This document shows, piece by piece, positions 46,485 through 58,642 of a stretch of 64,000 bases of DNA. Source of the DNA: an uncultured Candidatus Saccharibacteria bacterium. GTDB taxonomy: Bacteria > Patescibacteriota > Minisyncoccia > Phycocordibacterales > Phycocordibacteraceae. A program made the position numbers and the translations under genes. The stretch spans positions 1,825 through 65,824 of the forward strand of contig CAYOCH010000003.1 of assembly GCA_964402535.1 (NCBI GenBank). Direction: 5' to 3'. Numbering within the stretch: position 1 is the stretch's first letter; every line of letters starts with the position of its first letter. Under the pieces are notes generated by a model, which saw only the letters and a list, made by a program, of their open reading frames with translations, was not told the DNA's origin and made no database searches.

Positions 46485-47308
46485 CCGTATTCCGAAGATC
46501 AGTGTGGAGGCACTACCAAGTGCACGGGCGGCACGATCTGCCGTGGCGTCAGACGCATGACGTCTACAAGATACTAGTTTCGGAAGTGATGCTCCAGCAG
46601 ACACAAGTTGAGCGGGTGATCCCTTTTTATCGGGCATTCTTGAAGAAGTTCCCGACAGCCAAGAAGCTTGCGGCAGCACCGCTTGCCGACGTCCTCACTG
46701 CGTGGCAGGGGCTCGGCTATAACCGACGCGCCAAGATGCTGCAGCAGGCGGCCAAAGTGCTTGCGACGAAGAATGTGACGACGATTGAAGAGCTTGAGGC
46801 GTTACCGGGCGTCGGCCCGTACACGGCGCGAGCCGTCGCTGCCTTCGCCTGGAACAAAGGCGGCATCGTGATCGAGACCAATATCCGCACAGCCGTGATT
46901 GAACATTTCTTCACGCCAGCAAAGAATAGAAACACTATCATATATGATAGTGTTTCTGACGCGGAGATTGAAAAGAGTTTAGCGAAATGCTTGCCGAAGG
47001 GGAGGGCGCGCGAGTGGTACAGCGCGCTCATGGACTATGGCGCGTCACTGAAGCGCTCGGGCATCTCGCACAACGCGAAGTCTGCGGCGCATACCAAGCA
47101 GCCCAAGTTCGCTGGCTCGCTGCGCCAGGCGCGCGGCGCGATCTTGCGTGAATTAGCTAAAGATTCGCAGACGAAAAAGCGCCTTGTCGGTTTGCTGGGT
47201 GATGTCCGTACTGCGCAACTGACGCACGCACTTTCTGCATTGGTCGCTGAAGGATTGGTTGAGGAGAGACGAAGAAGTCGATACGCACTGGCGGGTTCAC
47301 CCCGTTAG
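46466..47308 (+). CDS. HhH-GPD base-excision glycosylase, MutY/adenine-glycosylase-like
   Basis: LVSEVMLQQTQVERVIPFYRAFLKKFP...LPGVGPYTARAVAAFAW matches the MutY N-terminal domain; no obvious C-terminal Fe-S/NUDIX region. Confidence 0.75.
   Translation: MAQSEITVFRRSVWRHYQVHGRHDLPWRQTHDVYKILVSEVMLQQTQVERVIPFYRAFLKKFPTAKKLAAAPLADVLTAWQGLGYNRRAKMLQQAAKVLATKNVTTIEELEALPGVGPYTARAVAAFAWNKGGIVIETNIRTAVIEHFFTPAKNRNTIIYDSVSDAEIEKSLAKCLPKGRAREWYSALMDYGASLKRSGISHNAKSAAHTKQPKFAGSLRQARGAILRELAKDSQTKKRLVGLLGDVRTAQLTHALSALVAEGLVEERRRSRYALAGSPR
46926..46949. repeat. perfect 24-bp AT-rich palindrome AACACTATCATATATGATAGTGTT inside the MutY-like CDS
   Basis: Seen directly; encodes NTIIYDSV; local GC is far below the gene average. 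Confidence 0.7.
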
Positions 47309-47327
47309 AATCTGATTTCTAACGGGG
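47300..47327. terminator. convergent bidirectional terminator
   Basis: CCCCGTTAGAA-tctgat-TTCTAACGGGG. Confidence 0.7.
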
Positions 47328-48482
47328 CTAACGGAAGTCGCGGATGAAGAGCGTAGCGCCCGCGCCCGCGATCGCGACGAAGCCGCCAGCGAACAAGAAG
47401 AAATACGCGTAGGTGCCGAAGGATAAGACGAAGCTCGCGAGGATCGGTCCGACGAAGTAGGCGATCGGCCATGACGCGCGGAAGATGCTCATCGAGTTCA
47501 CGTCGCGCGCCGACACGCGGCGAAAGAAGTGCCCCTCGGTCGTGCTCTCGACAAGTGCCGCGCCCGTGCGGGTGAGGAGCAGGATGACGAGTACAAGGAT
47601 CGGCGTGCTGACAGAGGTGACGAGCGAGAGCGCGGCGAGTGAGCCACCCGCGATGAGGAAACCGACGAACATCATCTCCTTGTCGCCCAAGTAGCGGTCG
47701 GCAATCCAGCCGGCCGGATATTCGACGAGCGCATAGGGGATGAGCATGATAGCGAATATCCAGCTCAGATCGGACCATGGCATGCCGAGCACGGTGTGCA
47801 GATAGACCGGCACGTAGAAGGGCGCCCAGACGTAGAAGAACCACAAGACCTGGTGACAGAACGTGACGGCGAAAAGGTCGCGGTTGTTGCCGATGCGCGC
47901 GAGCGTCTCTTTGAAGTGAGAGAGCTGCGGCGGCTCGCCCTTGGGGAGCTTGCGCACAGCGAAAAGGATGATGAATGGCGCGAGGACGGCCGCTGCGGCG
48001 AGGAATCCGCGCGCGTAGTCGTTCGTACTGTCCAAGAGAGCTCCGATGAGGAGCGGTGCCGCGAAGACGCCGACGTTCCACGCGGTGAGAAAGAGGGAGC
48101 GCACGCGCCCGACTGCGCCCGACTCGGTGCCTGTCGCCTCGAGCAAGAGGTCGAGAGAATAGGAGATGAACGGCTGGACTGCGATCGTCACCGCGACGAG
48201 GAAGATGCCGGTAACGGCGCCCGGCGCGGTGGCGAGCGCGAAGAGCGCAATCATGAGCGCGATTGCAGAGGCGAGGGAGAGCTCCTGCGCGCCGTAGCGT
48301 TCGACGAGCGCGGGGAGGGAGGGGAAGACAAGCATCGCCAGGAGGCCGCCCGCCGCGATCGCGAGGCCGGTGTATGTCGCCGGCATCACGGTCGAGAGGT
48401 AGGGCAGGAGGATATAGATGATCAGCGTCGAGAAGATCGAGAAGAAGAAATTCGCGACGTAGAGCGTAACGCGCGGGTGCAT
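47328..48482 (-). CDS. MFS transporter
   Basis: About 12 TM helices, typical MFS topology. The longest-ORF ATG (48524) sits in the loop of the upstream terminator hairpin, so the start is placed at ATG 48482. Confidence 0.8.
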   Translation of the reverse strand: MHPRVTLYVANFFFSIFSTLIIYILLPYLSTVMPATYTGLAIAAGGLLAMLVFPSLPALVERYGAQELSLASAIALMIALFALATAPGAVTGIFLVAVTIAVQPFISYSLDLLLEATGTESGAVGRVRSLFLTAWNVGVFAAPLLIGALLDSTNDYARGFLAAAAVLAPFIILFAVRKLPKGEPPQLSHFKETLARIGNNRDLFAVTFCHQVLWFFYVWAPFYVPVYLHTVLGMPWSDLSWIFAIMLIPYALVEYPAGWIADRYLGDKEMMFVGFLIAGGSLAALSLVTSVSTPILVLVILLLTRTGAALVESTTEGHFFRRVSARDVNSMSIFRASWPIAYFVGPILASFVLSFGTYAYFFLFAGGFVAIAGAGATLFIRDFR

Positions 48483-48504
48483 ATTATTTGAAACGATACC
48501 ACAA

Positions 48505-48542
48505 GAAAAAACGCGGCCCGCCATGGCGGGTCGCGTTTTTTC
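48505..48542 (-). terminator. intrinsic terminator after rnj
   Basis: AACGCGGCCCGCC-atg-GGCGGGTCGCGTT with a U-run on the minus transcript. Confidence 0.7.
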
Positions 48543-48557
48543 TTGTGCGCGATGTGA

Positions 48558-50522
48558 TTACATCCCGATCAAGACAGGGATCACCATCGGCGCCTTGTTG
48601 GTGCGAGTGAAAAGGAATCCAGCCATCACGTCGGTGAGGTTGTTCTTGACGTAGTCGAGGTCGATCGGGTTCATGCCGCGCGTCGAGTCCTCGATCGTCT
48701 TCTTGATCAGCACGCGGCCCTCGTTCAAGAGGCTCTGCGACTCGCGCAGGTAGACGAAGCCGCGGCTGATGATGTCCGGCGACTTGCGCAGCTTGCCGGT
48801 CTTGAGGTTGACCGAGGCGATGATCACGAACATGCCGTCCTTGGCGAGCGACTGGCGGTCGCGGATCACGACCTCCTGGATATCGCCGATCGTGAAGCCG
48901 TCCACGACCATCGGGGCAGAGGGGACCTTGTGCTTGTGGATCTCCATCTTGTCACCGTCGATAATGTCGATCACCGTGCCGTTGTCGGCGAGGACGATAT
49001 TCTCACGCGGGAATCCCGACTGCTGCACGGCACGCGCGTGGCAGGTCGTCATCGAGCGGTAGCCGTAGCCCGGCATGAAGAAGTTCGCGTGCACCTGCTT
49101 GTTGATCCATACGAGCTCGCCCGTGTTGCCGTGGCCGGTCGAGTGCACGTCCGAGGAGCGGTAGTGGATCAGCGTCACGTTGTGGCGGTAGAGATTGTCC
49201 TTGAGCTTCTGCACCGAGATCTCGTTGCCCGGGATCACCGATGAGGAGAGCACGATCGTGTCGCGCTCGTTAAGCGTGATGTACTTATGCTGGTGCGTCG
49301 CGATGCGCATGAGTGCGGCGAACTCCTCGCCCTGCGCGCCGGTCGAGAGGATCACGATCTTCTCGGGCGGATAATTGGCGATATCCTGCGCCGGGATGAG
49401 CGTGTCCTTCTTGATCTTCAGGAGCCCCGTCTTCTCGGCGATCTCGAGGTTGTTCTTGATCGAGCGGCCCTCCGTCACGACCTTCTTGCCGAGCTTCTCG
49501 GCGGCCTCGATGATCTTGACCATGCGCTCGAACTGCGAGGCGAAGGTGCCGATGATGAGGCGGCCGGACACCGTCTTGATGATGTCCTCAAGCGTCTGGA
49601 TCACGCGCTTCTCAGGGATCGAGAAGCCGTCCTTCTCAGCGTTCGTCGAGTCGGCGATAAAGAAGATGTTCTTGTCCTTCGAGATGTCGCCCCAGGTCTT
49701 CTGCTCGCGCTCCGCCGGCGTGCCGTCGTCGTGGTCGAGCTTCAAGTCGCCGGTGATCACGACGTTGCCCTGCGGCGTCTCGATCGAGACGCCCATCGAG
49801 TCGGGGATCGAGTGCGTCACCGGGAAGAACTTCACGCGCGTCGAGCCGATCGTGACGGTCTGGCCGACCTCGACCTCGACCATCTCGGGCTTGGGGACGT
49901 CCGGATACTCCTCCTGACGTCGCTGGATCATGATCGACGTGAGCCTTTGGGTGTAGACGGGCGGAGTGCCGAAGCGAGGCAGGGTGAAGGGGATGCCGCC
50001 GATGTGGTCGAGGTGGCCGTGCGTGATCACGACGCCCTTCACGCGGTCGGCGTTCTTCTCGAGGAACTTGGTGTTGGGGAGGATATAGTCGACGCCCGGG
50101 CTCGAGTCCTCAGAGACGAACTGGAAGCCTGCATCGAAGACGAGGATGTCGCCGGTGGCGCCAACCTCGACGGCGGTCATGTTGCGGCCCACCTCCTCGA
50201 CGCCGCCCAAGGGGATGATACGGACGACGTTCGGTGCTGCGCGCTCCGGGAAGTAGTCTGCGCCGGGCGCGGTGCGCGTCGGCATCGCGGTCGGACGGCG
50301 CAGGATCCGCTGGATCCGGCGCGTCGCCGCGCCCGGACGGCCGCTGCCGCCACGGCCTCGGCCGCCGCCAGAGGGCTTGCCGCCCTCGCTCCTGCCGCCG
50401 AAGCGGCGTCCGCGGCCGCCGCGCGGCGGGCGATCGCCGCCACGGCGCGGTGCCGCTGCTGCCGGTCGCGCCTCGCCTGGCTCGTGTCGCGGAGCGGGGG
50501 CTGGTGCTGGTGCTTGATTCAT
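48558..50522 (-). CDS. rnj: ribonuclease J (Arg/Gly-rich N-terminal extension)
   Basis: MBL HGHLDHIGG motif, beta-CASP and C-terminal domains; the first ~90 aa are an RGG/PRGG-rich low-complexity tail. Confidence 0.92.
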   Translation of the reverse strand: MNQAPAPAPAPRHEPGEARPAAAAPRRGGDRPPRGGRGRRFGGRSEGGKPSGGGRGRGGSGRPGAATRRIQRILRRPTAMPTRTAPGADYFPERAAPNVVRIIPLGGVEEVGRNMTAVEVGATGDILVFDAGFQFVSEDSSPGVDYILPNTKFLEKNADRVKGVVITHGHLDHIGGIPFTLPRFGTPPVYTQRLTSIMIQRRQEEYPDVPKPEMVEVEVGQTVTIGSTRVKFFPVTHSIPDSMGVSIETPQGNVVITGDLKLDHDDGTPAEREQKTWGDISKDKNIFFIADSTNAEKDGFSIPEKRVIQTLEDIIKTVSGRLIIGTFASQFERMVKIIEAAEKLGKKVVTEGRSIKNNLEIAEKTGLLKIKKDTLIPAQDIANYPPEKIVILSTGAQGEEFAALMRIATHQHKYITLNERDTIVLSSSVIPGNEISVQKLKDNLYRHNVTLIHYRSSDVHSTGHGNTGELVWINKQVHANFFMPGYGYRSMTTCHARAVQQSGFPRENIVLADNGTVIDIIDGDKMEIHKHKVPSAPMVVDGFTIGDIQEVVIRDRQSLAKDGMFVIIASVNLKTGKLRKSPDIISRGFVYLRESQSLLNEGRVLIKKTIEDSTRGMNPIDLDYVKNNLTDVMAGFLFTRTNKAPMVIPVLIGM

Positions 50523-50584
50523 AGATGTTGGTATTAATCGGGCTTAAGAAAGTAATGTTGAAACCCGTACGAAAATGTCGAACG

Positions 50585-52309
50585 CTACTTCGCGAAGATC
50601 GGCCACACGGCGTCCGTCGTGCGATACCACGTCGCGACCGTCGCGAAGCGGTCAGACGGCGTGATGATCTGCGGCAGCACGACCCCCTTCAAGTCGGCCG
50701 GCACCGTGTAGGTGAAGTCCGGCGCGTAAATGAAGGCAGCTGGGTAGTCCGCGGCGACCGTATCCTCGATCTTCTGCAGGTCGGCTGCGCGCTGGTTGGC
50801 GTCGGTCGTGCTGCGCGCGTCCTCGAGCAGGGCGTCCACGGCCTTATTCGCATAGAGCGCGATATTGAGACCAGGGTCGTTGCGCTCCTGCGAATCCCAG
50901 AACGCGTAGAGGTCCTGGTCGCGGCCGATCACCATCCCGTAGAGCAGCGCCTCGTACTTGCGCGGGCGGATCACGTTCTGCGAGAGGTCGCCCGGCTCGT
51001 AGAGCTCGATATCCACGGGGATGCCGAGCTTCTCCCAGTCAGCCTTGACTGCCGAAGCGACATTCTTCAACTCCGGTACGTTGCTCGTGCGGATCGTGAT
51101 CCCATCGAGCGTCTGCTTGGCGAGGGCGTTCTTCCATACGCGTGCCGTGCCGTCATACGTCCAGCCGCCGGTCTGCAGCGCTGCCGCCGCCGCCGCTGTC
51201 GGATTGGCCGACTGCGGGACGGCCGCCTGGCGGACGTTCTCGCCCGGCGGCACGGGGCCCATGATCGGCGTCGCGTAGCCGCCAAGCACCGTGTTGACGA
51301 TCGCGTCGCGGTCGAGCGCGATCGAGAGCGCCTTGCGCACCTCGGCGCGCGCGTAGACCTGCTTCTCGCTCGGATTGAAGAACACACCGAAGACGCGCGC
51401 GTAGGGCGCAGTGAGCGCGTCAGTCGTGCCGACGTCGTAGGCGCTCTCGTCGGCGCCGCTCTTCATCGCGCTCTCGAGGTCGACGCTCTGCGAGTAGAAG
51501 TCGAAGCGGATGCTGTCGAGGTACGGGCGGCCAAGCACGTAGTTGGGGTTCTCGGCGAGCTCCACGCTCTTGATGAGCCCCGAGGCATCGCGCGAGACGC
51601 TCGCTACCTTGAAGGGGCCCGCGCCGACCGGATTGGTCTCGAGGGTAGAGAAGGGGAACTCCTCATTCGAGATGCCCTGCCACAATCGCGCCGGGAGGAT
51701 CCCGAGCGTCGTCAGGCCGAGGAAGGGCGCGTAGGGCTTCGTGAGCGAGAAGCGGACGGTACGTGCGTCGACGGCGACCGCGCCGACGCCCGTCCAATCG
51801 GCGTATTTGGGACTCTTCAAGGCTGCGTTCTTCGCCTTGTTGACCGTGAAGACGACGTCGTCGGCCGTGACCGGCGAGCCGTCGGCGAACGTGGCGTTCT
51901 TGCGCAAGATGAAGGTGTAGGACTTGCCGTCGGGGCTCATCGTGTAGCCCTCAGCGAGTACGGGAACGAGCTTGCCCGAGCCGTCGAGACCCATGAGGCC
52001 TGCGTAGACGAGCGCCGAGAGATCGCGGTCGGCGTCGCTGATCGCCAAGAGCGGGTTGATGAACTGCGGGCTGCCGACCTCGCCCTCGGTGAGGCTCCCG
52101 CCGTAGGCAGGCACCTCGACGAGGAGCGAGCGCTCGAGCGAGTAGAGCCCGAGAATGCTCGCGGCTGCAAAAAGCACGACGAGCGTATAGAAGATCGCCC
52201 GATCGCCGCTCGAATAGGAGCGCACGCGCCCCTCGATCCGCTCCAGCAGCGGCACCGTCCAGGAACGTTCTAATCGAGCCCGCAACGCCTCTGCGTTAGA
52301 ATCTGTCAT
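50585..52309 (-). CDS. ABC transporter substrate-binding protein, family 5 (OppA/DppA-like)
   Basis: 574 aa; N-terminal TM anchor; conserved SBP_bac_5 core. Confidence 0.85.
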   Translation of the reverse strand: MTDSNAEALRARLERSWTVPLLERIEGRVRSYSSGDRAIFYTLVVLFAAASILGLYSLERSLLVEVPAYGGSLTEGEVGSPQFINPLLAISDADRDLSALVYAGLMGLDGSGKLVPVLAEGYTMSPDGKSYTFILRKNATFADGSPVTADDVVFTVNKAKNAALKSPKYADWTGVGAVAVDARTVRFSLTKPYAPFLGLTTLGILPARLWQGISNEEFPFSTLETNPVGAGPFKVASVSRDASGLIKSVELAENPNYVLGRPYLDSIRFDFYSQSVDLESAMKSGADESAYDVGTTDALTAPYARVFGVFFNPSEKQVYARAEVRKALSIALDRDAIVNTVLGGYATPIMGPVPPGENVRQAAVPQSANPTAAAAAALQTGGWTYDGTARVWKNALAKQTLDGITIRTSNVPELKNVASAVKADWEKLGIPVDIELYEPGDLSQNVIRPRKYEALLYGMVIGRDQDLYAFWDSQERNDPGLNIALYANKAVDALLEDARSTTDANQRAADLQKIEDTVAADYPAAFIYAPDFTYTVPADLKGVVLPQIITPSDRFATVATWYRTTDAVWPIFAK

Positions 52310-52545
52310 CAGCCGACAAGAAGGAAGTTGACGACGGCAGCAAGCACGAGCGCGATAGCGACGACGACCGTCGCATTGAACAGGAATTTCTCAGCGCCAC
52401 GACGCTTATAAAAGGTAGACGCGAAATTATCGCCTCCGAAGGCTCCCCCGAGGGTGGCGCCGCGCTGCTGGAGCGCAATGCCGACGATGAGGAGTATTGC
52501 GAGGATGATTTCCGCGTATGGCAGTGCCGATACGAGTGCCTCCAT
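52309..52545 (-). CDS. secG: preprotein translocase subunit SecG
   Basis: 78 aa, two TM helices with a Gly-rich loop (GATLGGAFGGDNFASTF). Confidence 0.75.
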   Translation of the reverse strand: MEALVSALPYAEIILAILLIVGIALQQRGATLGGAFGGDNFASTFYKRRGAEKFLFNATVVVAIALVLAAVVNFLLVG

Positions 52546-52586
52546 TTGTCCCCAGAGGATACCACGGGCGGGACCGCTGCTGCAAG

Positions 52587-52615
52587 TTGCACAGCCGCGC
52601 GCGGTTCACTATAGT
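52587..52615 (+). promoter_or_regulatory. sigma70-like promoter for groES-groEL (no CIRCE element found)
   Basis: TTGCAC (52587-52592), 17-nt spacer, TATAGT (52610-52615). Confidence 0.5.
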
Positions 52616-52657
52616 AGCGGCACACGGGCGTTCATTATCCCTTTATCTGATACGCAT

Positions 52658-54599
<1,942 letters not shown>

Positions 54600-54649
54600 C
54601 ATCCATATGTTCGCGCTATAGCGTGAAGATTTGGATAGTGTGCGCAAAC

Positions 54650-54686
54650 AAAAAAGCCCCGCGCGAGCGGGGCTTTTTGTTTGATT
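54650..54686 (+). terminator. intrinsic terminator after groEL
   Basis: AAAAAAGCCCCGC-gcga-GCGGGGCTTTTTGTTTG. Confidence 0.85.
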
Positions 54687-54727
54687 GTGTAATGCGCAAG
54701 ACATGTCGCAGTGCTACACTCAATCCA

Positions 54728-56200
54728 ATGAACTTCTCTTTGAGCCGCTTTGCGTTTGCCGGATGGAAGTATGCGGCAGCCGCCGTCGCGATCGTCGCAC
54801 TTCTTTTCACCTATTACGCGACCAAGGCGCCCAACTACGGCGCAACGATGGTGATAGTGCCCGGCAACTTCGACGAGCAGGTGAGCGTCTCGGGCACGGT
54901 CGTCGCCGCACAGAACGTCGCGCTCGGCTTCGCGGCGAACGGCCGCATCGCTGCGACCTACGCACGAGTGGGGCAGCAGGTCGGCGCCGGTACGGTGCTC
55001 GCTGAGATCGAGAACGGCGACCTCGCGGCCGCCGTCGCGCAGAAGAAGGCGACCCTCGCCTCGCTCCTCGCCGGCACGCGGCCCGAGCAGGTCGCGGTCG
55101 CGCAGGCCGCGGTGGCGAACGCGCAGGCCGCGCTCATAAACGCGATCCAGAGCGCCTACACCTCCTCGGACGACGCGGTGCACAACAAGGCCGACACGCT
55201 CTTCCAGAATCCACGCGTGCAGCCCCAGCTCTCGTTCTCGGTCACGAGCGCGACGCTTAAGGCGACGGCAGAGCGCGAGCGCGCTGCGCTCGAGCCGGTC
55301 TTCGCTTCGTGGAACGCGCTCGCCTCTGGCGCGACAAGCGACACCGCGCTTAGCGCGGCGAGGCAGACCCAGGCCTATCTCGCGCAGGTCGCGACCCTGC
55401 TCGCCGACACGAACGCAGCCTTGAACTCTGGCGCTCCCGACCAGACCACGACCGCAGCGACCCTCGCCTCGTATGCGACGACGCTCGCGACCGCGCGCAC
55501 GAACGTGAACGCGGCATCGACCGCGGTCACAAATGCGGTCTCGGCGCTCATCGATGCGCAGAAGACCTTGACCCTCGACGAGGCGGGGCCGACTGCGGCC
55601 GACGTCGCCGCCGCGCAGGCGGACGTGCAGAACGCGCAGGCCGCGCTCGCCAAGACGCGCGTCGTTGCTCCATTCAGCGGCGTCGTGACCCAGATGGACG
55701 CTAAGGTGGGCGAGATCGTCTCGCCCTCGACCTCAGAGATCTCGATGCAGAGCGACGGCGTGTTCGAGATCGAGACCTATATCCCCGAGGTGTCGATCGC
55801 GCGCGTGGCGGTCGGCAACTTGGCGACCACCACGCTCGACGCCTATGGTTCAGCCGTTCCCTTCGGCGCCAAGGTCATCTCGGTCGACCCGGCCGAGACG
55901 GTCAAGGACGGCGTCCCGACCTATAAGACCACGCTCATTTTCAATACGGCCGACCCGCGCATCCGGAGCGGCATGACGACAAGCGTGCTGATCGAGACCG
56001 GTGTACTCACGAACGCGATCGTCGTCCCGGCGGGCGCAGTCGCCAAGGCCGGCACGCCAGACGCCTATGTGACGGCGGTTGAGGGCGGCAAGCTTGTGAA
56101 CCGGAGCGTCACTACCGGCACCGCGCCCTCGCTCGGCCGGCTCGAGATCGTCACCGGCGTCTCTAAGGGCGACGTGATCCTCTTGACCCCGTCGACGTAA
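54728..56200 (+). CDS. efflux transporter periplasmic adaptor (membrane fusion protein, MacA/HlyD-like)
   Basis: N-terminal TM anchor, coiled-coil (QAAVANAQAALINA...), beta-barrel and lipoyl-like domains. Confidence 0.8.
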   Translation: MNFSLSRFAFAGWKYAAAAVAIVALLFTYYATKAPNYGATMVIVPGNFDEQVSVSGTVVAAQNVALGFAANGRIAATYARVGQQVGAGTVLAEIENGDLAAAVAQKKATLASLLAGTRPEQVAVAQAAVANAQAALINAIQSAYTSSDDAVHNKADTLFQNPRVQPQLSFSVTSATLKATAERERAALEPVFASWNALASGATSDTALSAARQTQAYLAQVATLLADTNAALNSGAPDQTTTAATLASYATTLATARTNVNAASTAVTNAVSALIDAQKTLTLDEAGPTAADVAAAQADVQNAQAALAKTRVVAPFSGVVTQMDAKVGEIVSPSTSEISMQSDGVFEIETYIPEVSIARVAVGNLATTTLDAYGSAVPFGAKVISVDPAETVKDGVPTYKTTLIFNTADPRIRSGMTTSVLIETGVLTNAIVVPAGAVAKAGTPDAYVTAVEGGKLVNRSVTTGTAPSLGRLEIVTGVSKGDVILLTPST

Positions 56201-56203
56201 ACA

Positions 56204-57463
56204 ATGTTTTCGTTCACGAATATCCGCGTCGGCTTCTACCTCGCACTCCGCCAGCTGCGCCGCGCGAGCATCTGGACGACGAGCTTGATCGTCTTCGTGA
56301 TGCTGCTCACGTTCTTGAACCTCGTGGTCGTGACCGGCATCCTGGTCGGCATCGTGCAGGGTATCACCGACCAATTCCGCGTGCTCGAGACGGGTGACGT
56401 GGTCGTCTCCTCGCTCGACACCAAGAACTATATCGACAACAGCCAAGAGATCATCAGCCTCATCAGGGGGCTGCCGGGCGTCGAGCGCGTCACGGCGCGC
56501 TCAAGCGCTGGCGGCACGATCGAGGCGAACTATCACGATCGCACTGACCTGGCCGAGAAGCCTAACGAGACGGCCGCGACTATCACCGGTGTCGATCCGA
56601 CGGACGAGATGACCTTCTCGGGGCTAGAGAAGGATGTCCGCGAGGGCACCTTCCTCGCCGAGGGCGACTACGACGCGGTCGTGCTCGGATCGCAGTTCGT
56701 CGACCGCTACTCTTTCGGCGAGATGCCCGGCCTCACGCCCTTGAAGAACGTCTATCCGGGCACCAAGATCCGCCTCACGGTCGGCGGCTCGACGCGCGAG
56801 GTGGTGGTGAAGGGCATCCTCGTGACGAAGGCCAACTCGCCCTTGGCGCTTAAGGTGTTCATGCCTGAGACGGAGCTGCAGCAGCTCATCGGCCGCACCG
56901 ACCAGAACGTGAACCAGATCGCGATCAAGCTCACGCGGGGCGCAGACGCGGTCGCCTTCCGCGACCTCCTGAAGCGCAGCGGGGTAGGAGCGAACGCTAA
57001 GGTGCAGACCTTCGAGGATGCGATCCCGAACGGCATCGCCGAGGTTACAGGTACGTTCGCGACGATCGGCAACGGCATCAGCTCGATCGGGCTCGTCGTC
57101 GCCGCGATCACGATCTTCATCGTGATCTTCATCAACGCGATCACGCGGCGCAAGTTCATCGGCATCCTGAAAGGGATCGGTATCTCGGGCGAGGCGATCG
57201 AGCTCTCCTACATCATCCAATCCCTCTTCTACGCCCTCATCGGCTCGGGGATCGGCTTCGCGGTCATCTACGGATTCATGGTTCCTTACATCAGCGCGCA
57301 CCCGATCAGCCTGCCGATCAGCGACACGATCCTCGTCGCCCCCCTCTCGGGCACGGTGATCCGTGTCGTGATCCTCATCGTCACGACCGTGATCGCCGGC
57401 TATCTGCCCTCGCGCATGATCGTGCGCAAGAATACGCTCGACTCGATCCTCGGGCGCAACTGA
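56204..57463 (+). CDS. ABC transporter permease (FtsX/MacB-like)
   Basis: 419 aa: N-terminal TM, large periplasmic domain, then 3 C-terminal TM helices (FtsX fold). Confidence 0.85.
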   Translation: MFSFTNIRVGFYLALRQLRRASIWTTSLIVFVMLLTFLNLVVVTGILVGIVQGITDQFRVLETGDVVVSSLDTKNYIDNSQEIISLIRGLPGVERVTARSSAGGTIEANYHDRTDLAEKPNETAATITGVDPTDEMTFSGLEKDVREGTFLAEGDYDAVVLGSQFVDRYSFGEMPGLTPLKNVYPGTKIRLTVGGSTREVVVKGILVTKANSPLALKVFMPETELQQLIGRTDQNVNQIAIKLTRGADAVAFRDLLKRSGVGANAKVQTFEDAIPNGIAEVTGTFATIGNGISSIGLVVAAITIFIVIFINAITRRKFIGILKGIGISGEAIELSYIIQSLFYALIGSGIGFAVIYGFMVPYISAHPISLPISDTILVAPLSGTVIRVVILIVTTVIAGYLPSRMIVRKNTLDSILGRN

Positions 57464-57470
57464 CATCCAT

Positions 57471-58144
<674 letters not shown>

Positions 58145-58148
<4 letters not shown>

Positions 58149-58318
58149 GCCGCAAGAACTTCATCTGGGGCGGGATGATCGCGGGCTCGACGAGCGGCGG
58201 CCTCCTGCCGTACCTCTGGAACGGCGACATCATGGCGACGACCGTCTGGGGCGCCGTTGGCGGCTTCGCCGGCATCTGGGCGGGCTTCAAGCTCGCTAAG
58301 GCGACGGGCGCGCTATAA
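58145..58318 (+). CDS. small glycine-zipper membrane protein (GlsB/YeaQ/YmgE-like), 57 aa
   Basis: GTG overlaps the upstream stop (GTGA); translates VSRKNFIWGGMIAGSTSGGLLPYLWNGDIMATTVWGAVGGFAGIWAGFKLAKATGAL. Absent from the ORF track (under 60 aa). Confidence 0.45.
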
Positions 58319-58330
58319 ACGACTCGGGAC

Positions 58331-58359
58331 TTGCATAATACCCCCAGGGGGGTATACTG
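58331..58359 (+). promoter_or_regulatory. promoter with embedded GC-rich palindromic CsoR-type operator
   Basis: TTGCAT (58331-58336), spacer containing ATACCCCC-A-GGGGGGTAT (58338-58356), overlapping -10 TATACT. Confidence 0.6.
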
Positions 58360-58365
58360 GGGTGC

Positions 58366-58641
58366 ATGGAACACCCAGATGCAACGACCAAGAAGAAGCT
58401 CGTGCGGCGATTGAAGATTATCGAAGGGCAGGTGCGCGGACTCGTCTCGATGCTCGAGAAGGATACGTATTGCATCGACGTGATCGCGCAGACGTCGGCG
58501 GCGAAGCAGGGGCTGTCGAACGTTGAAGACCTCCTCCTGGTGCATCACCTGAAGGGCTGCGTGCGCCACCAGATGTCCTCGGGCCAGACCGCGACCGCAG
58601 TGAAGGAGGTGCTCAAGGTGTATCAGCTTAAGCGCAGATAA
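58366..58641 (+). CDS. csoR: CsoR family copper-sensing transcriptional repressor
   Basis: 91 aa; RLKIIEGQVRGL helix; C-H-C metal-ligand triad (YCIDV...HHLKGC). Confidence 0.85.
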   Translation: MEHPDATTKKKLVRRLKIIEGQVRGLVSMLEKDTYCIDVIAQTSAAKQGLSNVEDLLLVHHLKGCVRHQMSSGQTATAVKEVLKVYQLKRR

Positions 58642-58642
58642 C

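Noticed and set aside
47328-48524. MFS transporter start at ATG 48524 (longest ORF)
   Set aside because: That ATG sits in the loop of the rnj terminator hairpin. The downstream ATG at 48482 was preferred.
49287-52273. Two long plus-strand ORFs (416 aa and 582 aa)
   Set aside because: Antisense to rnj and to the family-5 SBP gene; Arg/Asp/Leu-rich artefacts.
52560-52657. CIRCE (TTAGCACTC-N9-GAGTGCTAA) heat-shock operator upstream of groES
   Set aside because: Searched the leader; no CIRCE-like inverted repeat is present, only a sigma70-like promoter.
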